Assembly: GCA_963781885.1 (NCBI GenBank)
Contig: CAWAHW010000001.1
Location: forward strand, 1 to 64,000
Origin: an uncultured Spirochaetota bacterium
Lineage (GTDB): Bacteria > Spirochaetota > Spirochaetia > SZUA-6 > Fen-1364
Direction: 5' to 3'
Length of the DNA stretch: 64,000 bases
The notes beneath the pieces are model-generated. The model made no database searches, had not been told where the DNA came from, and was given only the letters and a program-made list of their open reading frames with translations. The translations under genes and the position numbers were made by a program. Within the stretch, counting starts at the first letter, position 1; every line of letters begins with the position of its first letter. This document shows positions 57,788 through 64,000 of the stretch, in pieces.

Positions 57788-59956
57788 ATGATCACAGAAG
57801 GGAGGGCCGTGATCAGCCCGCCGGAGCTGCGCCTGTCGCCGGGAAAGCCTCTGCCGTTCGGCGCAACGCCGGACGAGCGCGGGACGCAGTTCGCCGTCTT
57901 CAGCCGGCATGCAACCGCCGTGTCCCTCCTGCTCTTCGACCGCCCGCAGAGCGCGCAGCCATCCCACGAGATTCCACTGGATCCGCGCCTGAACCGCACG
58001 GGCGACGTCTGGCACATCCGCGTGGAAGGCGCGGGGCCGGGAACCCTCTATCTCTACCGGGTCGACGGGCCGTGGGAGCCGGAAAAAGGGCATCGCTTCG
58101 ACCCGGACCGCTTCCTTCTGGATCCGTACGTCAAGGCAGTCACGGGCAGCTTCGAATGGGACCTCACGGGCGCCCGCAGCCGCGCCCCGCGCGCCCCGCG
58201 GAAAACGCCTGGTCGTGCAGCGGACGCGTCACACTTTCCCAAGGGCATTGTCGTCTCGGACGATTTCGACTGGCAGGGCGACCGTCCGCTCAACAGGCCG
58301 CTGCGCTTCAGCGTGATCTACGAGTCGCACGTCCGCGGCCTCACCATGGACAAAAGCGCCGGCGCGGCGCACCCGGGCACCTTCCGCGGCGTCACGGAGA
58401 GGATCCCGTACTTCAAGGATCTCGGCATCACCGCCCTGGAGCTCCTGCCGGTGCAGGAGTTCGACGAGCACGACAACGCGCGCGTGAATCCCCTCACCGG
58501 CGAGCCGCTGTCGAATTACTGGGGATACAACACCATCTCCTTCTTCGCCCCCAAGGGCCGCTACGCGAGCACCGGGGCCGACGGTGAGCAGGTGGCCGAG
58601 TTCAAGGAGATGGTGCGGGCCCTCCACGCGGCAGGCATCGAGGTCATCCTCGACATGGTGTTCAACCATTCGGCGGAGGGCGACGACACCGGGCCGACGC
58701 TCTGCTTCCGCGGGTGGGACAACTCGATCTACTACATGCTCGATGAGAGCGACCCCCGGCTCTACCGCAACTACACCGGCTGCGGGAATACGATGAACTG
58801 CAATCATCCCATCGTTCGCAGCCTCATCCAGGACTGCCTGCGCTACTGGGTCGTGGAGATGCACGTGGATGGGTTCCGCTTCGACCTCGGCTCGGTGCTC
58901 GGCCGCGACACGGAGGGCCGGATCATGGAGAATCCTCCGGTGCTGGAGCGAATCGCCGAGGAGCCGATCCTGCGCCATACGAAGATCATCGCGGAGGCCT
59001 GGGACGCGGCCGGCGCCTACCAGGTGGGCTGGTTCCCGGGGGGCAGATGGGCGGAGTGGAACGACAGGTTCCGCGACGACGTGCGCCGGTTCTGGCGCGG
59101 GGACGCGGGCACCGTGTCCCATCTGGCGACGCGTCTTGCCGGCAGCTCCGACCTGTACCTGCGCGACGGCAGGAAGCCTTTTCACAGCATCAACTTCATC
59201 ACGTCCCACGACGGCTTCACGCTCAACGACCTCGTGAGCTACGCGGCGAAGCACAACGAGGGCAACGGTGAGGGAAACCGCGACGGGGCGACGCCCGACC
59301 AGTCGGCCAACTACGGCGCCGAAGGCCCGTCGAACAACGCGACGGTGGAGTCGATCCGCAACCGGCAGGTGAAAAACATGCTTGCGACGCTCCTTCTCTC
59401 CCTCGGCACGCCCATGCTGCTCGGCGGCGACGAGATCCGCCGCAGCCAGCGGGGAAACAACAACGCCTGGTGCCAGAACAACGCCGTCTCCTGGTACGAC
59501 TGGACCTTCGTCGAAAAGCACGCCGACGTGCATCGCTTCTGCCGCGAGCTGATCGCCTTCCGCCTCCGGCACCCCGCTTTTCTTCGGCCCGAGTTCTACA
59601 GCGGCAAGGATTCCTCCCACAACCAGATCCCCGACATCACCTGGCTTTCGGAGAACGCGGAGCCCGAGGACTGGGACGAATCGCGCACGACACTCGCCCT
59701 CCTCATCGACGGCAACAAGTCCGATATCGACGCCGACCGGGACGACAACGACATCCTCATGCTGCTGAACGCCTCGCCCGGGGAGACTCTTTTCACGCTC
59801 GCCCCGGTGCCGCCGGGCAAGGAGGCGTGGTACCGCGCCATCGACACCGGCTGCGCCGCGCCGCGCGATATCGCCGCTCCCGGAGCGGAAGAGCGCATCA
59901 CGCGCGACACGCTCGCCTGCGTCGGACGCTCGATGGTCGTGCTCCTGTCACGGTAG
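57788..59956 (+). CDS. glgX: Glycogen debranching enzyme
   Basis: NYWGYNT, VDGFRFDL, IAEAWD, SHDGFTLNDL and GNNNAWCQ. Confidence 0.95.
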   Translation: MITEGRAVISPPELRLSPGKPLPFGATPDERGTQFAVFSRHATAVSLLLFDRPQSAQPSHEIPLDPRLNRTGDVWHIRVEGAGPGTLYLYRVDGPWEPEKGHRFDPDRFLLDPYVKAVTGSFEWDLTGARSRAPRAPRKTPGRAADASHFPKGIVVSDDFDWQGDRPLNRPLRFSVIYESHVRGLTMDKSAGAAHPGTFRGVTERIPYFKDLGITALELLPVQEFDEHDNARVNPLTGEPLSNYWGYNTISFFAPKGRYASTGADGEQVAEFKEMVRALHAAGIEVILDMVFNHSAEGDDTGPTLCFRGWDNSIYYMLDESDPRLYRNYTGCGNTMNCNHPIVRSLIQDCLRYWVVEMHVDGFRFDLGSVLGRDTEGRIMENPPVLERIAEEPILRHTKIIAEAWDAAGAYQVGWFPGGRWAEWNDRFRDDVRRFWRGDAGTVSHLATRLAGSSDLYLRDGRKPFHSINFITSHDGFTLNDLVSYAAKHNEGNGEGNRDGATPDQSANYGAEGPSNNATVESIRNRQVKNMLATLLLSLGTPMLLGGDEIRRSQRGNNNAWCQNNAVSWYDWTFVEKHADVHRFCRELIAFRLRHPAFLRPEFYSGKDSSHNQIPDITWLSENAEPEDWDESRTTLALLIDGNKSDIDADRDDNDILMLLNASPGETLFTLAPVPPGKEAWYRAIDTGCAAPRDIAAPGAEERITRDTLACVGRSMVVLLSR

Positions 59957-60015
59957 GACCGCGGGGAAACTTTTCTTGACGCAACGCATTGCGCGGGATA
60001 CGCTTGCTAAGACAC

Positions 60016-62049
60016 ATGCGCAGGCGCATTCTGCTCGCCATCGGCGGTACGCTGCTCGCGATGCTCATCATCATATCGGTGGCCTCCCGCTCGATCCTTC
60101 TGGACAGCTACGAGGGGCTCGAACGAAGCTACCTGGAAAAGGACGTGCAGCGCATCAAGGCCGACATCACGCGACAGGAGACGGGTCTCGGGCGGACCGT
60201 CGAGGATTACGCCGCCTGGAGCGCGATGTACCAGTACGTCTTCCATCCCTCGCCGTCCTTTGTCAGTGAGAATTTCACGGAAGAAAGCGCCGCCAATCTT
60301 CGTCTCGATATCGTGCTCGTCATCGACAATGCCGGAACCACCGTCTACGGCGGCGCGTTCGGCAAAGGCGCGGCGAAGGCCGGGATCGTGGAGAGTCTTA
60401 CCCGGTGGATCGCGGCGCATCCGGAAACGGTGCGTTTCGCCGACAAGAACGGCAAGGCGGAGGGAATCGTGCGCCTCCCGCAGGGCATGCTCGTGCTCGC
60501 CTCGCGCCCCATCCTCGACGACACGCGGCAGCTGCCCGTTGCCGGCACCCTTTTCATGGGAAGGCTCTTCGACGCGGATGCCGTGCACCTGATGGGCACC
60601 CAGCTCCTCCTGTCCCTGTCGCTCTACGGGCTGGACCAGTCCCCCGTTCCCGATTCGGTGACCCTCGCGAAGACGCGTCTGGCCGGGGAGGAGAGCGTCT
60701 ATATCGACACGAGGCTGGACAGGACAGTGTCGGTCTCCACGCTGGTGCGCGACATCGCGGGAGATCCCGTCGCCCTCCTCCAGGTGGATGCGCCGCGCGA
60801 CATCCGCATGCAGGGCGTGCGGACGCTGCGCTATTTCTACCTGTGGATGCTCTTCATCGGCCTCGCATTCGGCGGCGTCGTGCTCCTCACCATCGAGCGC
60901 ACGGTGCTGTCACGGCTCGTCCACCTGGGCAAGAGCGTGCTCGCCATCGGCACGGGCAGCGACCCGACGAAAAGGATTGCGATCACCGGCATCGACCAGA
61001 TCGCCTACATCGGCGCCGCCATCAACGGCATGCTGGACGCGCTCGCCCGTTCCACCGAGCAGCTGCGGGAAAGCGAACGGCGCAACGCCGCGTTCCTCGA
61101 CGCGGTCCCCGACACGATTTTTCGCGTGACACGGGACGGGACGATACTCGATGCGCGCTCGTCGCACATCGAGACGCTCCTGGAGACGGCGGGGAATCTC
61201 GTCGGCAAGGACTCCGAGCAGATCCTCCCCCTGTACTCCTTCATCTCCCCGGACCTCTTCGACAAGTCACTGGCCGCCACGGAGGCGGCGCTGAGCACGG
61301 GCGTCACCCAGACCCTTTCCTTCTCCGTGGACACGGAGTCGGGCAGGCGGCACTTCGAGGAGCGCTTCGTCGCCGCGACCGACAACGAGGTGATTGCCCT
61401 TGTGCGCGAGGTGACGGACATCCGCAAAGCGGAGGAAGCGCGGCGGCGCGAGCTCCTCCTGAAGGAAATCCACCACCGGGTGAAGAACAACCTGCAGGTG
61501 ATTTCCAGCCTCCTCGCGCTCCAGGCAGGGGCGTCGAAGGACCAGACCACGCGGCGGCTCCTCATGGAAAGCCGCGACAGGGTGCGCTCCATGGGTCTCA
61601 TCCACGAGCGGCTCTACCAGTCGGACAGCGAGCGCGGCATGAGCTTCGCCGCCTACGTCAGTGACCTTGCGGCGCACCTGCGCCATTCCTACACGGGAAG
61701 CTCCGAGGCGATAGCGATGACACTCGACGTGCAGGACATTGCGCTCGACATGGATACCTCCGTGCCGTGCGGCCTGATCATCAACGAGCTCCTCTCCAAC
61801 GCGCTGAAGCACGCCTTCGCGGAAGGAAAGGGCGGCACGATCGCGGTGCATCTCCGCGAGGAGCCGAAGGGGACGATCGTTCTCACCGTGAGCGATGACG
61901 GGCAGGGTCTGCCGCCCGGTTTCGACATTGCGGCGACGCATACCCTGGGTCTCCGCATCGTCGGATCGCTGGTCGCCCAGCTCAAGGGCACCATCACGGC
62001 AGGTCCCGGTCCCGGGGCATCATTCACGGTCATCTTCCCGCGCGCATGA
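60016..62049 (+). CDS. CHASE4-HAMP-PAS-HisKA_2 sensor histidine kinase
   Basis: DYAAW, EIHHRVKNNLQ, NELLSNALKHAF and DDGQG. Confidence 0.9.
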   Translation: MRRRILLAIGGTLLAMLIIISVASRSILLDSYEGLERSYLEKDVQRIKADITRQETGLGRTVEDYAAWSAMYQYVFHPSPSFVSENFTEESAANLRLDIVLVIDNAGTTVYGGAFGKGAAKAGIVESLTRWIAAHPETVRFADKNGKAEGIVRLPQGMLVLASRPILDDTRQLPVAGTLFMGRLFDADAVHLMGTQLLLSLSLYGLDQSPVPDSVTLAKTRLAGEESVYIDTRLDRTVSVSTLVRDIAGDPVALLQVDAPRDIRMQGVRTLRYFYLWMLFIGLAFGGVVLLTIERTVLSRLVHLGKSVLAIGTGSDPTKRIAITGIDQIAYIGAAINGMLDALARSTEQLRESERRNAAFLDAVPDTIFRVTRDGTILDARSSHIETLLETAGNLVGKDSEQILPLYSFISPDLFDKSLAATEAALSTGVTQTLSFSVDTESGRRHFEERFVAATDNEVIALVREVTDIRKAEEARRRELLLKEIHHRVKNNLQVISSLLALQAGASKDQTTRRLLMESRDRVRSMGLIHERLYQSDSERGMSFAAYVSDLAAHLRHSYTGSSEAIAMTLDVQDIALDMDTSVPCGLIINELLSNALKHAFAEGKGGTIAVHLREEPKGTIVLTVSDDGQGLPPGFDIAATHTLGLRIVGSLVAQLKGTITAGPGPGASFTVIFPRA

Positions 62050-62070
62050 GCCCGGGCGCGGGGACAACCG

Positions 62071-63612
62071 CTACTCTTTTTCCACCACGAGCAGCGACAC
62101 GTCGTCGCTGAAGGACTCCGATCCGCGCCAGGCCACCAGCTCCCGCCGTATCGACGCGACGAGCTCGGCGAGCGGCAGGGCCCTGCCCGCCCTCACCGCC
62201 TCCTCCAGCCGCCGTGCGCCGAAGCTCGCGCCCGCCGGATTCGCGCAGTCCATGAGGCCGTCGGAGTAGAGGAAGAGCCTGTCCCCCTTCTCCATTGCCA
62301 CCTCCTCGGAGGCGACCTCGGCGCCGGGGAATAGACCGACCGCGTAGCCTTCCGTCTTCACCATCCGCACCGTGCCGTCTGCCTTGTGGAGAAGCGGGAA
62401 CGGGTGTCCGGCCCGCACGAGGCGCACCCGGCCCGTGCCGGTGTCGACGACCCCGTAGGTCATGGTGAAGTACGGGTTGGTGTCCTCCCGGATGTAGAAC
62501 CGGCTGCTCAGCCGCTTCACGACCTCCGCCGGCGGGACGATGCGCAGCTGCGCCGGGTCGTTCGTCTTTTCGACAAGGATGCCGCCAGTATCAGGGTGGG
62601 GCGACAGGAACATGTGCAGGACGAGGGAGAACAGAGCGGAGAGCACGCCCTGCCCCACGACGTCCAACGCGTAGAAGGCGGCGTGCTGGTCGTCGACGCG
62701 GAAGCATCCCAGGGCGTCGCCGCCGCCCAGGGGCGTGGGGAGAAAGAGCCAGTCGAAGCGCAGGCCCGCGATGGCGGTCTCCCGGGACGGCAGCAGGCGC
62801 TTCTGCGCGACGGCGAGCTCTTCCAGCTGCCGGAGCACCATCTGCTGGATGCGGTCGCGCTCGGACGATTCGCGGAACACGTAGAGGATGCCGAAGAGCG
62901 TGCCCTCGGGGCTGCGCAGCGGCGAGGCGCTGAACTCGACCGGGATCTCACGGCCCTCGTCGGCAACGAGGCGGCAGTTGGCGCGCAGCGTGCTCTTGCC
63001 CTCCAGGAACGGCTCGGTGACGGGGAATTGCAGCGGTGCGCGCGTCTCCATGTCGACCAGGGACACGATCTCCGTCATGCGCTGCTCGAGTATCTGCGCG
63101 CGCCCCTTTCCCAGGAGCGCCTCCGCCGAAGGGTTGACGAACTTCACGTAGCCCTTCGGATCGCAGATGATGACCGCCTCCATCATGCTGGCCGCCACCG
63201 CCGACATCCACCAGCCGTTTTCCCGCATGCCCCGGGTACGGCGATGCTTCAGGAGCGACATCTGGATGATCGCGTGGAGGCTCTTCTCCTCGAAGGGTTT
63301 CAGCACGTAGCCATACGGCTCGCTGAGCTGCGCCTGCTCCAGCGTCTCCTCGTCGGCGAAAGCGGTGAGGTAGACGATGGGGACGTCCAGCCGCTGGCGG
63401 ATCCGCTGCGCGGCCTCGATTCCGTTCATGGCACCCTTGAGGTGGATGTCCATGAGCACGAGATCCGGCTCGGTCTCCAGGAGACGGGCCACGGCGTCTT
63501 CCCCCGTCATTGCCATCACGGGCACCTCGTACCCGAGACCCTTCAGGGCCTCGGCGATCTGCAGGGCAACGACGCCCTCGTCTTCCACCACCATGATCCG
63601 TGCTTTTGCCAT
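62071..63612 (-). CDS. REC-PAS-PP2C (SpoIIE/RsbU-type) phosphatase
   Basis: VEDE, LMDI, KP; PAS; GGD, DVVGQG, YSDG and DD. Confidence 0.88.
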   Translation of the reverse strand: MAKARIMVVEDEGVVALQIAEALKGLGYEVPVMAMTGEDAVARLLETEPDLVLMDIHLKGAMNGIEAAQRIRQRLDVPIVYLTAFADEETLEQAQLSEPYGYVLKPFEEKSLHAIIQMSLLKHRRTRGMRENGWWMSAVAASMMEAVIICDPKGYVKFVNPSAEALLGKGRAQILEQRMTEIVSLVDMETRAPLQFPVTEPFLEGKSTLRANCRLVADEGREIPVEFSASPLRSPEGTLFGILYVFRESSERDRIQQMVLRQLEELAVAQKRLLPSRETAIAGLRFDWLFLPTPLGGGDALGCFRVDDQHAAFYALDVVGQGVLSALFSLVLHMFLSPHPDTGGILVEKTNDPAQLRIVPPAEVVKRLSSRFYIREDTNPYFTMTYGVVDTGTGRVRLVRAGHPFPLLHKADGTVRMVKTEGYAVGLFPGAEVASEEVAMEKGDRLFLYSDGLMDCANPAGASFGARRLEEAVRAGRALPLAELVASIRRELVAWRGSESFSDDVSLLVVEKE

Positions 63613-63621
63613 GTACTCCCC

Positions 63622-64000
63622 CTATGCCGCGCAGACGTCCAGGGCAAGACCGGCGAGCGCGACGATGCCGTGCTCGAGCGCGCCGTCGTTGAAATCGAAG
63701 CTTGCCGCGTGCAGCGCCGGCCAGCTCTCCCCCAGCCCCAGACGCAGGAGAGCGCCCGGGACTTTTTCCAGGTAAAAGGCGAAATCCTCCGCCGTCATGC
63801 TGAGCGGATGCACGTCGGACCACGCCGCGCTTCCTAGGAGACGGGTGACCACGCCGCGCGCGCGCTCGACCGCGGCGGCATCGTTGACCAGGGGCACGTA
63901 GCCCTCGGTGTAGGAAAGCTCGCAGGCACAGCCCGCCGACGCGCAGACGCCTTGCACGATCCGCTCCATCCTGCCCTTCAGAATCGGCTGCAGGGACCGG
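63622..64000 (-). CDS. M20 amidohydrolase, C-terminal part (runs off the right edge)
   Basis: MTAEDFAFY..VPG and LHAASFDFND. Confidence 0.85.
   Translation of the reverse strand, partial: RSLQPILKGRMERIVQGVCASAGCACELSYTEGYVPLVNDAAAVERARGVVTRLLGSAAWSDVHPLSMTAEDFAFYLEKVPGALLRLGLGESWPALHAASFDFNDGALEHGIVALAGLALDVCAA

Noticed and set aside
15118-63837. Many long overlapping ORFs (e.g. 15118-16836 -, 21498-23357 -, 30604-31710 +, 51208-52761 +, 62386-63837 +)
   Set aside because: Antisense or alternate-frame shadows expected in high-GC DNA; they have no motifs and overlap well-supported genes.
1-64000. tRNA, rRNA, prophage or toxin-antitoxin genes
   Set aside because: None recognised by eye. Small RNAs cannot be excluded without a covariance-model search.

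Overview
Bacterial chromosome window. The host is probably a free-living, GC-rich spirochaete (inferred from the TatT/TatP pair, the Treponema/Chlamydia-type parE-parC and several lipoproteins). It has three zones. (1) About 1-11 kb is an AT-richer accessory region holding a decayed integron cassette array. Seven related ~103-117 bp attC-like sites each follow a + strand gene, and the 5' end of each intact cassette is complementary over 9-12 bp to its own 3' end. No intI or attI lies in the window; the cassette orientation places them to the left. IS1380, IS630 and IS481 elements have invaded the array. (2) About 11-14.6 kb is a run of co-oriented single genes and gene relics without attC sites. 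(3) About 14.6-64 kb is GC-rich backbone: parE/parC, a LysM-PKD-C39 peptidase, pcm divergent from a spermidine-synthase-like membrane protein, folD, nfeD/SPFH, TatT/TatP, GAF-HD-GYP, radical SAM and a MocR-EamA-B3/4 module. It also holds a 14-gene sugar catabolic cluster with a ROK regulator, E1alpha/E1beta and a free lipoyl domain but no E2 core or E3, followed by glgX and a kinase/PP2C pair. Several single-base frameshifts may be sequencing indels. All protein calls come from motif recognition by eye; no database search was run.
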